Part shown: positions 1 through 13,709 of the stretch, piece by piece | Layout of the letters: each line of letters opens with the position of its first letter | How positions within the stretch are numbered: the first letter of the stretch is position 1 | Assembly (NCBI RefSeq): GCF_009914755.1 | Contig: NC_060928.1 | Length of the DNA: 64,000 bases | From: the human T2T-CHM13v2.0 reference genome, Homo sapiens | Reading direction: 5' to 3' (one strand) | Made by a program: the position numbers and the translations under genes | The notes under the pieces: generated by a model | What the model saw: the letters and a program-made list of their open reading frames with translations, nothing else | Told to the model about the DNA's origin: nothing | Database searches by the model: none

Positions 1-319
1 ATAATCTTCCATGCAGCCAACTGAGGGCTCCTTCTAAAATATAAATCTGAATATGTATGTTTGCTTAAACATCAACTTTCCCCATTGCTTATGACAGAAT
101 TTTACTGTAAAACATTTGTCATAACATAAGACATTTTAAAAGGCACAGATTCAGCACAACATCCCTCATTTTTGTGGAATGTATTAGGAAGGCTTTTTGC
201 CTCAAATGAGGGATTGGTTTTTGCCTAAAAAGATATCTAGAGGAATGCAGTTGTTGCCTTTGGGTCTCCTGCCTCAGTGTGGTAGGGCCAGTGAACATTT
301 TAGTATTTGTCATGGCTTT

Positions 320-520
320 TGATTCATGGTTGCAACATTGCTGCCAGGGCTCTAGCCATCATGACCTCATTGAAGGTAGGACCAAGCAAGCAGGTAGGGG
401 TCATATCAAAGCTTTTCTAAAACCACCCTCACCACCTTTCCACCAACAGGTTAAGAACTGGAAATGAGTCCCATGAAAATTGCTAGCTGCAAGGGAATTG
501 AGAAAGTAAGACTGTCACAG
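320..520. mobile_element. Degenerate MLT1-like (ERVL-MaLR) LTR fragment
   Basis: Motifs gcaacattgctgccagggctctagccatcatgacctcattgaaggtagga and ctagctgcaagggaattgagaaagtaag resemble old MLT1 LTRs; highly diverged. Confidence 0.35.
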
Positions 521-1169
521 GAGTCATCAAAGGAGAAGTGGTTGGAATTTAATCTAGATAAGAGACAACATGATGATATTAGGGTATTAAGGACAATGAA
601 AATAATTGTAGAATTGTAGTTTCTAGGAGGCTAAGGATTCTCTGGAGTCAGGGTAACAGATGGAGGAAAGTAGAATGATAGGAGTTGGTGAGCAGAGAGT
701 GGAAAACTTAAAATTGTGACTGACTGGAGTTAGTGGAAGTCATTGATAATAACAGGATATAGGATAGAAACATAAGTTTCAGGGGCTAAGTGGAGGGGTA
801 AATAGAGTCAAAAATCAATGGAGGAAAGGATGACAAGAAACAGACAAGGACATATGCCTGTCTTAACAGTTTTTACAAGTGCCTATCACAGAGTAGACAC
901 TGGACAAATGAATGATAAACTGAATTATTTCCCAGGCAATATTTACCCACAATTTTGATGTCTCTCCTGACAACCAGACCCTCTTGTCAAATAGCTTTCT
1001 CCTCTCCAATGTCCTGCACGTGCCTAATCTCAACATGCTCAAGGTCGAATCACAATCCCTCAGTTTTGAGTACCTTTTCAGGGTCTAGTTTCAAAATTTT
1101 TAGACAAATGCATGGATAGTTAAAATAGCAATACAAAATGTGTCACTAAAACAAGAGACAAAATTTATT

Positions 1170-1395
1170 GATAATACACTATGGGCCAGTACTGTGAGAA
1201 CGTACCATTTGCTTGCATGGATTATCTCTTTTACTAATCAGAACCTATGAAGTAGGTACTGTTACCACACCCAGTTTGTGTATGAGAAAATTAAAACTTA
1301 CAGAAATTAAGTCATTTACTCAAGGATCACAGCTAGTAAGTGAAGAACCCAGGACATTAACTGTGTCTGTCTGACTCCATACTCTTAATGACTGT
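1170..1395 (-). mobile_element. MIR SINE
   Basis: Core MIR motif cctatgaagtaggtactgttacc...gagaaaattaaaacttacagaaattaagtcatttactcaaggatcacagctagtaagtg. Confidence 0.8.
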
Positions 1396-1432
1396 GGAGC
1401 TAACAAATTAATTGCCTTTTTCAAAGTTTGGG

Positions 1433-1727
<295 letters not shown>

Positions 1728-2044
1728 GTTTGAGCCTATTTCAAAATATTGCTAAAATATGCATTCTTATTTTCTTGCAAATTATTAGACCTTCTTTAAT
1801 AAGGAATTTTAATTAATCAAGGGGTGGAGTAATAGAGGGCAGTTCAGTATTTCTCATTCCTGCAGCCTCTGTTCTCTGCTGTGACCGAAAGGCCTTTACT
1901 ACAGGCCTTTACTGGTAAACTCATAATAGTTATGTACATTAATCATATGAATTATCTATTTTGAGACAGAGTTTTAAATAATTGGACAATTTTAAAATCT
2001 GGTCCATGGATCAAGCAAATAGCGTTAGTAGTTTTTTATGTAGT

Positions 2045-2331
2045 AAACACTTTTCAAGAACAAGTTTATTCCATATTAAATATGTTTTCCTCTAAGGTTG
2101 AAGCAACTGTGACAGGGTGCACAAAAGGTTTCTTAAATATTATACAAATGAAAACACTTCTTTTGTTCCTGTATGAAATACAGGGAGAAAAGTTTGTTTT
2201 CTTGGCAGTTGGGAATGAGGGGTAGAAGGTGCTGAATTTCTTGGCAGCATTCCTTATAAACAATCAATGGTCCCTGAACTGCTTTCTGAAGAAATGGGTA
2301 TGCTGAGCTGTGTAGTGCTGGACTCTACAGA
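2045..2331 (-). other. Candidate terminal exon (SVESSTTQLSIPISSESSSGTIDCL*, 3' UTR, polyA signal)
   Basis: On the minus strand a T-run is followed by the first AG (plus ct 2332-2333), a phase-0 frame to TAA at 2256-2254, and AATAAA at 2070-2065. The acceptor is A-rich just before the AG, so weak. Confidence 0.4.
2065..2070 (-). promoter_or_regulatory. Candidate polyadenylation signal AATAAA
   Basis: Plus tttatt, about 185 nt downstream of the candidate terminal stop codon. Confidence 0.3.
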
Positions 2332-2450
2332 CTTTTTGTTGGTTTTGAAAAAAAAAAAAAAGATGAGAAGCAAGGAACTTGGGCAGAGGATTGAGAATTT
2401 TAAAAACAAAGATTGTGTTTTTTTATGTGATGTATTACATAAATTCCCTC

Positions 2451-3330
2451 TGCAGAAAAGAGTTAACATAGCAGGCCTGGCTTCCAACCTTTAAAAGCGC
2501 TGCTTACAAGACTGGTCCTTGGTCTTTGTCTGGGAACTTGGATTTCAGGAGGACTCCCACCATTCCCAGAACTGACAGAAGTGTCTCACTATGACTAGCC
2601 TGTGCAAACACTATGGTTTACGCTTAAAACCCTCTTTCCTTCTGGGATTCCAGAATTCAGGTGCCAGGCAGAGGGCACCTGCATGATCAGCCCCAATAAA
2701 ATGCCCTGCGCACTGAGTTTTTTGTTTATTTGTTTGTTTGTTTGTTTGTTTGTTTGTTTTTGAGACAGAGTCTCGCTCTGTCACCCAGGCTGGAGTTCAG
2801 TGGTGTGATCTCAGCTCACTGCAACCTCCAATCCCCCGGGTTCAAGCAATTTTTCTGCCTCAGCCTCCCGAGTAGAGTAGCTGGGACTACAGGTGTGTGC
2901 CACCATGCCTGGCTAATGTTTGTATTTTTAGTAGAGACCGGGTTTCACCACATTGGCCAGGCTGGTCTGGAACTCCTGACCTCGTGATCTGCCCTCCTAG
3001 GCCTCCCAAAGTGCTGGGATTACAGGCGTGAGCCACTGCGACTGACTGGCACTGAGTTTCTAATAAGCTTCCTTGGTTGGCAATAGCCAGAAATGTGTCC
3101 TCAGAACTTGCTGGAGGAATTTAGTGCATCCTGTGACTCCTCTGGGAGAGGATTCTTGGAAGCTTATGCCTAATTTCCCTAAGACTTCACTCCGTGTGCA
3201 TTTTCTCTTTGCTGATTGTGCTTTTTTGCCCTTTGTGTAATGAACTAGAGCCACAAATACAATTAAATGCTAAATTCTATGTCCTAGCATATCCCCAAAC
3301 CTCGGAATGATCTTTGGGACCTTCAATACA
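2451..3330 (+). mobile_element. MER21-like solo LTR interrupted by an Alu
   Basis: Starts TGCAGAAAAGAGTTAACATAGCAGGCCTG, has an internal AATAAA at ~2695 and ends ...ttcaataCA (TG...CA termini). Confidence 0.75.
2721..3047 (-). mobile_element. AluS SINE with (TTTG)n tail
   Basis: Reverse-complement Alu; TSD gcactgagttt at 2710-2720 and 3049-3059. Confidence 0.95.
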
Positions 3331-3464
3331 ACACCTTACTATTACAAAAAAATATTCACTTTATCACACATCTATTGAGTTTTTACTGTGCCTAAGTATT
3401 TTTTAAGCATTGAGAGTATAATAACAAATAAGGTACAGCCCCTATTAAGAAGCCTAGTGCCTAG

Positions 3465-3705
3465 CGGAATGGTTCTCATTCAAGGCTGATTTTTAGGAAC
3501 AATTGGCAGTGTCTGGAGACATTTTTGATTGTCACCACTGGGGCAATGCTACTAGCATCAAGTGGGTAGAAGTCTGGGATGTTGTTTAACATCCTACCAT
3601 ATAAACTGTCTCTCCTTTTTATTGGGAGAGAGTTTTGAGAACACCTCTCTCGAAGTAAAGTATTATTTAGCCTAAAGTTAATAGTGCTCAGGTTGAGAAA
3701 CCTTG
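3465..3705 (+). mobile_element. MER20 hAT-Charlie DNA transposon inserted in an L2 relic
   Basis: tggttctca...ttggcagtgtctggagacatttttgattgtcac...atagtgctcaggttgagaaaccttg matches MER20 termini and core; flanks (3350-3465, 3705-3760) read as L2. Confidence 0.85.
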
Positions 3706-3929
3706 ATCTAGTGGAAGAAACATAGATATAAACAAACAATGTTAATACAATGTAGAAACTATTCATTATCTATTTCCCCTTCAGTGATCATGCTTTCTGT
3801 CCTACCTTTACCACACACTTCACAAAATTAAGGCCCCCGCAACCTGTGCCTTTTCACTTGCCTTTACCATCATGACTGCATATTTTCCATGATGAGGTTA
3901 AATTCCATAGTCAATTACTATAATCATTA

Positions 3930-4508
3930 CATCATGCAGGGATTCACAATGTTTCAGCATATGCAAATCAATCAATGTGATATATATTATATCAACATAA
4001 TGAAGGACAGAAACCACATGGTGATTTCAATTGATGCTGAAAAACCATTTGATAAAATTCAACATCCTTCATGATAAAAGCCATAAAAATGGGTATAGAA
4101 TAAACATACCTCAGCGTAATAAATGCTATTTTTGACAGACCCACAGCTAGTATCATGCTGAATGGGGAAAAACTGAAAGCCTTTCCTCTAAGATCTGAAA
4201 TACAACAAGGATGCCCACTCTCATGACCATTATTCAACATAGTACTAACAGTGATCAACAGTGTTGATTAACACTGTTAACCAACATACCAAAATCAGTA
4301 GCATTTCTATATGTCAACAATGAACAATCTGAATAAGAAATCAAAAAGGTAATCCCATTTACAATAGACACACACAAATACGTAGGTATTCACCAAAGAA
4401 GTGAAAGATCTCTTTCATGAAACTATAAAACACACATGAATGAAATTGAAGAAAACACCACAAAATGAAAAGGTATTCCATGTTCAAGGATTGGAAGAAT
4501 CAATATTG
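3930..4508 (+). mobile_element. Older L1 (L1PB/L1MA-type) ORF2 RT fragment with internal deletion
   Basis: Translates to [21 protein letters not shown] (L1 RT); internal segment lost at ~4247-4282. Confidence 0.85.
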
Positions 4509-7500
4509 ATTGATTTGCATTTCTCTAGTGATCAGTGTTGTTGAGCTTTTTTTCATGTTTGTTGGCCACTTGTATGTATTCTTTTGAGAAGTGTCTATTC
4601 TTGTCCTTTGCCAACTTTTTAATGGGGCTATTTGTTTTTTCCCTGTTGTTTAAGTTCCTTGTAGACTCTGGATATTAGACCTTTGTCAAATGGATAGATG
4701 CTAAAATTTTCTCCTATTTTGTAGGTTGTTCACTCTGATTATTGTTTCTTTTTCTGTGTAGAGCTTTTTAGTTTAATTAGATCTCATCTGTCAAATTTTG
4801 CTTTTGTTGCAGTTGCTTTTGGCATTTTCATCATCAAATCTTTGTCTATGCCTACATCCTGAATGGTATTGCCTCAATTTTCTTCTAGAGTTTTTATAGT
4901 TTTGAATTTTATGTTTAAGTATTTTATTCATCTTGAGTTGATTTTTGTAAGGAAGGGGTCCAGTTTCAATTTTCTGCATATGGCTAGCCAGCACTCCCAG
5001 CACCATTTATTAAACAGAGTCACTTCCTCATTGCTTGTTTTTGTCAAGTTTGTCAAAGACCAGATGGTTGTAGGTGTGCAGTCTTATTTCTGAGTTCTCT
5101 ATTCTGTTCTGTTGGTCTATGTATCTGTTCTAGTACCATACCATGCTTTTTTAGTTACTGTAAATTTGCAGTATAGTTTGAAGTCAGGTAGCGTGATGCC
5201 TCCAGCTTTGTTCTCTTTGCTTAGGATTGTCTTGGCTATTCAGGCTCTTTTTTAGTTCCATATCGATTTTTACATAGTTTTTTTTTTAATTCTGTGAAGA
5301 ATGTCAATGGTAGTTTAATGGGAATAGCACTGAATGTATAAATTGCTTAGGGTAGTATGGCCATTTTCACAATGTTGTTTCTTCCTATCCATGAGCATGG
5401 AATGTTTCTCTATTTGTTTGTGTCTGTTCTGATTTCTTTGAGCAGTGCTTTGTAGTTCTCCTTGAAGAGGTCCTTCACTTCCCTTGTTAGCTGTATTAAT
5501 ACCTAGGTATTCTTTTTGTGGCAATTGTGAATGAGAGTTCATTCATGGTTTGGCTCTTGGCTTGCTTGTTGTTGGTGTATAGGAATACTAGCTATTTTTG
5601 CACATTGATTTTATATTCTGAGATTTAGGCTTATCAGCTTAAGAAGCTTTTGGGGTAAGACAATGGGGTTTTCTAGATATAGGATCATGTCATCTGCAAA
5701 TAAAGACAATTTGACTTCTTCTCTTTTTTTTTTTTTTTTTTTTTTTTGAGACGAAGTCTCACTCTGTCACCCAGGCTGTAGTGTAGTGGCGCGATCTCAG
5801 CTCATTGCAAGCTCTGCCTCCTGGGTTCATGCCTTCTCCTGCCTCAGCCTCCCAAGTAGCTGGGACTACAGGTGCCTGCCACCATGCCCAGCTAATTTTT
5901 TTTTTTTTTTGTATTTTTATTAGAGATGGAGTTTCGCTGTGTTAGCCAGGATGGTCTCGATCTCCTGACCTCATGATCCACCTGCCTTGGCCTCCCAAAG
6001 TGCTGGGATTACAGGCTTCAGTCATGGCGCCCGACCGACTTCTCTTTCTCTCTGAATATGCTGAATATGCTTTATTTCTTTCTCTTGCCTGATTGCCCTG
6101 GCCAGAATTTCCAACACTGTGTTGAATAGGAGTAGTGAGAGTGGGCAACCTTGCCGTATGCCAGTTTTCAAGGGAATGCTTCCAGCTTTTGCCCATTCAG
6201 TATGATATTGGCTGTGGGTTTGTCATAGATGGCTCTTATTATTTTGAGGTGTGTTCCTTCAATACCTAGCTTATTGAGAATTTTTAACGTGAAGGATGTT
6301 GAATTTTATTGAAGGCCTTTTCTGCCTCTACTGAGATAATCATGTGGTTTTTGTCTTTAGTTCTTTTATGTGAAGAATCGCATTTATTGATTTGCATATG
6401 TTGAACCAACTTGGCATCCCAGGAATGAAGTCAACTTGGTAGTGGTGAATAAGCTTTTGATGTGCTGCTGGATTTAGTTTCCCAGTATTTTATTGAGGAT
6501 TTTTGCATCAATGTTCATCAAGGATATTGCCCTGAATGTTTTGTTGTTGTTGTTGTATCTCTGCCAGGTTTTGGTATCAGGATGATGCTGGCCTTATTTA
6601 ATGAGTTAGGGAGAAGTCACTCCTTTTCTGTTTTTATGGAATAGTTTCAATAGAAATGGTACCAACTTTGTACCTCTGGTAGAATTCAGCTGCGAATTCA
6701 CCTGCTTCTGGGCTTTTTTCGGTTGGTAGGCTATTTGTTACTGCCTCAGTTTCAGAACTCATTATTGGTCTATTCAGGGAATCAGTTTCTTCCAAGTTCA
6801 GTCTTGGGACAATGTATGTGTTCAGGAATTTATTTATTTCTTCTAAGATTTTCTAGTTTATGTGCATAGAAGCGTTTATAGTATTCTCTGAAGGTTGTTT
6901 GTATTTCTGTGGGGTCAGTGGTAATATCCGCCTTATCATTTCTTGTTGTGTTTATTTGATTCTTCTCTCTTTTCTTCTTTATCAGTCTAGATAGTGGACT
7001 ATTGATTTTATCAATTTTTTCAAAAGCCAGCTCCTGAATTTATTGATTTTCTTTTCAGAAGGGTTTTTTTTTTTTTTTTTTTTTTTTTGTATTTCTATCT
7101 CCTTCAGTTCAACTCTGATCTTAGTTATTTCTTGTCTTCTGCTAGCTTTGGTATTTGTTTGCTCTTGGTTCTCTAGTTCTTTTAGTTGAGATACTAGGTT
7201 GTTAATTTGAGATTTTTCTGGCTTTTTGATGTGGGCATTTAGTGCTATAAATTTCCCTCTTAACACTGCTTTAGCTGTATCCCAGAAATTCTTGTACATT
7301 CTATCTTTGTTCTCATTAGTTTCAAAGAACTTCTTGATTTCTGCCTTAATTTCATTCTTTACCCAAGAGTCATGCAGGAACAGGTTGTTCAATTTCCACA
7401 TAGTTGTATGGTTTGAGTGAGTTTCTTAATCTTGAGTTCTAATTTAATTGTTCTGTGATCTGAGAGACTGTTACGATTTCGATTCTTTCACATTGGCTGA

Positions 7501-7643
7501 GGAGTGTTTTACTTCGATTATGTGATCAATTTTAGAGTAAGTGCTGTGTGGCAATGAGAAGAATGTATATACTGTTGAATTTGGGTGGAGAGTTCTATAG
7601 ATATCTATCAGGCCCACTTGATCCAGAGCTGATTTCAGGTCCT
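4509..7643 (-). mobile_element. L1PA ORF2 fragment, 5' and 3' truncated
   Basis: Reverse-strand L1 ORF2, e.g. [31 protein letters not shown] at 6982-7401; lacks the 3' UTR/poly-A end; expanded T-run at 7064-7088. Confidence 0.95.
5724..6036 (-). mobile_element. AluY-type SINE inside L1
   Basis: Reverse Alu with gcaagctc and ttagccaggatggtctcgatc diagnostics, a long T-tail and imperfect TSD gacttct...ctct. Confidence 0.93.
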
Positions 7644-8517
7644 GTATAATTCACATCTATTAACTGAGTTGTTTCCTTATAACTCTGCTAGTCTAAAAAG
7701 AAAAAGAAAAAAAAGGTGACAAGGGAAAAACTGGTAGAAGGGGTAAGAAGCTAAAAGCAGTGCTTAGAAATGAAGTGTGGGAACTGACCTATGGATGGAT
7801 TTTAATAGGAATATCCCTTTTTCCATCAAAATGGGTCCTTGGAAGCCAGCCAAATTATTCCCTATGTGGTAAACCAGTTTATCAGACTAAGGGGAGCACA
7901 GACCCTCAGCATGGAATATTTCATATGTGTAAGAGAGTCTGGACTTGGAGCAGTGGGTGATGGGGTGGTAATAAGGGAAATGTGGTGGAAATGAGCCAGA
8001 AGAGTGAATTAACATGCGTATTTGAGTTGAAGCTGCTCCTGGCAAACTATAAATTATGAGAGTCATTTATAAGAGAGTCCATAATTGCTAGAGGAATTTC
8101 TGTGTTAATCATCAGAAGACAGATCCAGTAAGAATAAACAAAACAGTGCCAGCTTAAGAAAGGTTCCCCCTCCCTTCCCAAATCAATTATTGGCTATTCT
8201 GTTATGATTAAGGAATGATAGAAACTTAATTAGCTATTTTTCCATTTAAGAAAATCATATTGCTTTGATTCAAGCACACCTATGCGAGCTATCCAGAAAG
8301 TCTGTAGCTACAATGCAGATTTTAAATAATTCCAAAGCTGGTCCCTGTGGTTTAAATAAAATGATAATATAAAATGTAATTTTAGCTTATTTAAGAACTT
8401 TAATTCTGCTTTAATACAAAATATCTCTTTTGCTCCACAGTTGCTATATTAGACTAAACATTTTCATAGAAGAATATCAGTGAAGATTAGTTGTATTTAT
8501 AAGAAGCATGGGCTTAC

Positions 8518-8623
8518 CTGAATCATACCAGTATAAAGAATGACAAACATCATCCAGATGGAAAAACTAATCATAAATTCTAAAGTGTAATCAGTTGTTA
8601 GACATGTTGATTTTCTCTTCTTC
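8518..8623 (-). other. Candidate exon, 106 nt (KKRKSTCLTTDYTLEFMISFSIWMMFVILYTGMIQ)
   Basis: tag|G acceptor and CAG|gtaagc donor; open frame phase 2 to phase 0 with a ~20-residue hydrophobic stretch. Confidence 0.55.
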
Positions 8624-9639
8624 CTAGTGCAGTAAACTATTTTGTCAGTCTTATTTGCTGTAACTTGAAAGTTTAAAATATTTATTTTAAAAATTTTTGC
8701 TTATCGAATAGTATCTCAAAGAGCAGAGAAAACCATGGTAAGTCATAGCAGTCTGAGATGATATTTATTTTGAATATTCACACAGCAAAAGTAAGCCTGA
8801 GTTTGGGTTTTCTTTTTTTCCTGTTTGCTATCCATTGCAATTTAATTGCCTAGGTTAGCTACTAGCCTTTCAATAATTTTATTGGCCCCTTTTATTATTC
8901 TTAACCTTTCTATTTTCCTGAGTTTAAATTTCAAATTTCTATATTTCTCTTCCATCTAGCTTAATGCTGTTTTTACACATTCAGGTCAGTAATTCCATTT
9001 TAGTAAGCACCATGGGGAAATTCTGAGTTTAATGAGCATCTTGCCCCAGTAATTTCATATTCTAAAAGAAATAAGTCATGGCTACTTAAATGACTAGAAA
9101 GCAAAGATAGGCATAGATGATTGTGGGGAGAAGTGGTATACATAAACAGCCATGAGAATTTAGAAAATAGAAATGTTAATCCTGGATAAAGTAGGCATCA
9201 CAGAGAAATTAGTGTTCGGGATGAATCTTGAAGGATAGGTAAGGTTTGTATATGCTGGGATAGCAAAATGGGCAGATATAATTACATGTAACCAAGTTTA
9301 GTAACTGAGAGCAATTTGTATTTTTCCTCTGTTTCAAGCTACAGCTATCTCCTACACATGGTGTGGTTTATTCAATATTGAGTTTTATATCCAGGAATGC
9401 CTTATGGCTGATGGCACATGCAGCAATGAACTACCAGGAGCTGTTACAGCAATACTGACACAGATATATGTCTTCATCTTGGTTGACCTCTCGGATGGGG
9501 ACAAATTAATATATGACAATAAATGACCTGTGCAGCATGACTTCTCCAGAAACAAAAGGGACATACCTTGTATTTTATTTTAAAAAGTTATTGAAAAATG
9601 AGAAGTTACTCTCTTTTGGTCATAGAAATATCTTCTAAC

Positions 9640-9674
9640 CTTTTCTTAGCCTTCTCAGTAGCATGCAGTAGTGG
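9640..9674 (-). other. Candidate exon, 35 nt (PLLHATEKAKKR); alternative donor at 9610 gives 65 nt in the same phase
   Basis: Strong acceptor tttctttctgtttatcatttcctgtctatctttctaacgctgctgtctccag|; donors AAG|gttaga or AGA|gtaact both end in phase 2, matching the 8623 exon. Confidence 0.45.
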
Positions 9675-9849
9675 CTGGAGACAGCAGCGTTAGAAAGATA
9701 GACAGGAAATGATAAACAGAAAGAAAAGATAAAATTGCTATTTTTAATGATGTTAAGGTAGCAAACAGGTTATGTCAACCCATAGCTATGTAAAATAGTC
9801 CTACGAATCTTAGAATCTCAGTTTTTTTTTTGTTCCCATTATTCACCAA

Positions 9850-11050
<1,201 letters not shown>

Positions 11051-12511
11051 GAAGAGGAGAATTGCTTAAAAAAAAACTTTAAAAATTTGTCCTTATCATA
11101 AACTACAAAAACTTGCGAAGTAAAAGTTTAAAACATTGTTCATTCCCAACCCAATGTGACTCCCAGATTGCTACTGTTAACTGGTATGTATCCTTTTAGA
11201 AATATATGTGTATATTTTTTAAGCATGGCCAGCTCTGCTCTTACTAAACCAAGATACAGTTAAATGTTAGTTTTTAAATCTTATAATACAAAAGTAAGTA
11301 GTTGGCAAATAATGACATGTCCCAAATCTACAGTGTCCAAAATATACTTGTAAAAAAGAAGAGTTTAATTTCTGTGCTGTTGTGACATAGTGAAGGTCAC
11401 AGACAACACAGAGTGCAGCTTCTCTGAGCTTTAGCATTTTCCTTCCATACTTCCTGGTTTTCACTTCATTTATTACAACTGATTTGCTTCCTTGTTTTAG
11501 GCCAATAATGTTTTTTCATTGCTATCATCTCTTCTTACAGCTCTTGTTTATTCTCCACAGCCCTACCCTTCCTCTCTTTGTAAACCCAAAAGTTGAAGTT
11601 GTTTTAATTCAACAAATATTTAACAGTGATTGAAGCAATTGTTATAAGGAGTGGTTAGACTCCTGGCTTCCCCACAATTCCCACTTAAATCGATCAGTAA
11701 CTGGAATGAATTTAATTTTTTCTTTTCCTTTGAGTTGATCTACTTTCATTGCCTTATATGATTCTCCTTACTTCCTCTACCCCTTTCTTCACTGCTGCCT
11801 CGTAGACTTTCCCTCGCTTCCTCTCCCCTTCTCTCCCTTGTTACTGCTCCTGCCTCTCCTACCATCACCAGCAAACCTACTTCCTCTTTCCATAATGTTT
11901 CAGCTAAACTATGTGTTAAAACACAACTTGAAGATTGCTCTGGAACCAAAACACAATGTATGTATCATGGTTTCTAGAAAATGTGTTTAGACTTCGTCAA
12001 GAAAAGATCATAAATGTAATTATGCCTCATTATCTTGGCTACAGCCTGGCACAGGAAAAGGAAGAACAGTTACTGGAGGGAAAAAAGAAAATTTTTCACT
12101 TGTAGAGTTTAGGCCTGTGGATATTGCCTTCTGAATATGACGGCCTCTTTGCTTTGTTCATTATCTTCCATTAAATTATTTGAGACATTCTGTTGCTTTC
12201 CATTATACCATCGCTATCTCATTGTCTGCAACTCTTTGTCCATATGCACATTTCGCCTCTTTAGTAATTTACATCTAATTGTTACCCTCATCTCACATCT
12301 CCCTTCAGCCATTCCTTTGGCAATGAAATAGCAGTAATCACAGTCAAGATACTGACTCTTCAATTTGTTGAGAAATGCTTCAAAGTTGTTTTTTCCATGT
12401 TTACTCATGTGGTGATTTTTTATTGCTTTCCAACAACATGTGAAGGAGTGAGATAAAATTAAAATGTCACAACAAATGTATTTCAGATTATGAAATATTT
12501 TAAAAACTTAC

Positions 12512-12601
12512 CTGTTAGCTCTTAATATTTGAAAGTTGAAAAACACAGGTTTTTAATGCTATCAAAATCAGGCCAATATGAAGAGAGACACAATTACAGA
12601 C
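12512..12601 (-). other. Candidate exon, 90 nt (VCNCVSLHIGLILIALKTCVFQLSNIKS*Q)
   Basis: ttttaaag|G acceptor and CAG|gtaagt consensus donor; phase 0-0; a single TAA at the penultimate codon. Confidence 0.5.
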
Positions 12602-12959
12602 CTTTAAAATATGAAATTAACTAAGAAACACCACAATCCTAACTGGTTTATTTGATCCTTGCCTCATTTTCCTCTCCTCTCTCCTCTCCAGAAATATCTT
12701 TCTAGTAATATTTGACTCTCTTTTCCAAATCCTAAATCCTTTAGTGTGGTATCCATCTACATATTCAGAATGCCCTCCTGCCATTTTCCCACCATGTATG
12801 TATTCCATAAACTTAGTGACTTTCCCGTATTACCTGAGAAGGGAAGTACAGGCCTCGATTCCCCTCTGTATAGAATCCCTCCCCAGTCCTTTGCATGGCT
12901 ATTTACTTCTGCCAGCTATCTCTCCTCAGCACCAGTCACCACCCTGTAAACTGCGCCTG

Positions 12960-13188
12960 ACTGCCTAGGCAAGCATAGGCACTCCTTTCTCTGTGCCTCT
13001 TTTCCTTATATACCTCCACAGTGGCTCTTTTACAAATTTTATACAGCCATATATACTATTGTAAACTTTTTGTTCTGTGTATCTAGCTCCTTACTGTATT
13101 ATACTTTTCTGTAATCAGAAACCATATGTTTTAATCTCTATGCCCTCATCATCCAGAATGGCATCTGGCATTTAGAAGTGCCCATATC
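12960..13188 (+). mobile_element. L2 3' end relic
   Basis: cagaaaccatatgttttaatctctatgccctcatcatccagaatggcatctggcatttagaagtgccca resembles the L2 tail. Confidence 0.55.
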
Positions 13189-13304
13189 AGGGAAAGTTCT
13201 AGCTTTTGGGCCACTAAAGCCAGCTACAGCTAAGTTAATCAGAAAAGAAATGTATTAATAAAAATATTGGTAAGATTATAAAATGAAGGAGAAAAAAAGT
13301 TGAA

Positions 13305-13646
13305 ATGAAGGAAAAAATGTTAAGGGCAGCCAGAGAGAAAGGTCGGGTTACCCACAAAGGGAAGCCCATCAGACTAATGGCAGACCTCTCAGCAGAAACT
13401 CTACAAGCCAGAAGAGAGTGGGGGCCAATATGCAACATTCATAAAGAAAAGAATTTTCAACCCAGAATTTCATATCCAGCCAAACTAAGCTTCATAAGTA
13501 AAGGAGAAATAAAATCCTTTACAGACAAGCAAATGCTGAGAGATTTTGTCACCACCAGGCCTGCCCTACGAGAGCTCCTGAAGGAAGCACTAAACATGGA
13601 AAGTAACAACCGGTACCAGCCACTACAAAAACATGCCAAATTTTAA
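13305..13646 (+). pseudogene. L1 ORF1p C-terminal fragment
   Basis: MKEKMLRAAREKGRVTHKGKPIRL...PRISYPAKLSF...YQPLQKHAK is ORF1p; no 5' part or promoter. Confidence 0.95.
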
Positions 13647-13709
13647 AGATCATCAATGCTAGGAAGAAACTGCATCAACTAACGAGCAAAATAACCAGCT
13701 AACATCATA

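Noticed and set aside
3930-7643. Opposed L1 fragments as a twin-priming inversion
   Set aside because: The two pieces cover overlapping RT sequence and look like different-age subfamilies, so they are two insertions joined by a deletion.
8711-8738. Plus-strand mini-exon ending ATG|gtaagt, and isolated plus donors near 43123, 55403, 55662 and 56458
   Set aside because: Isolated splice-like motifs occur often by chance, and I found no consistent exon chain.
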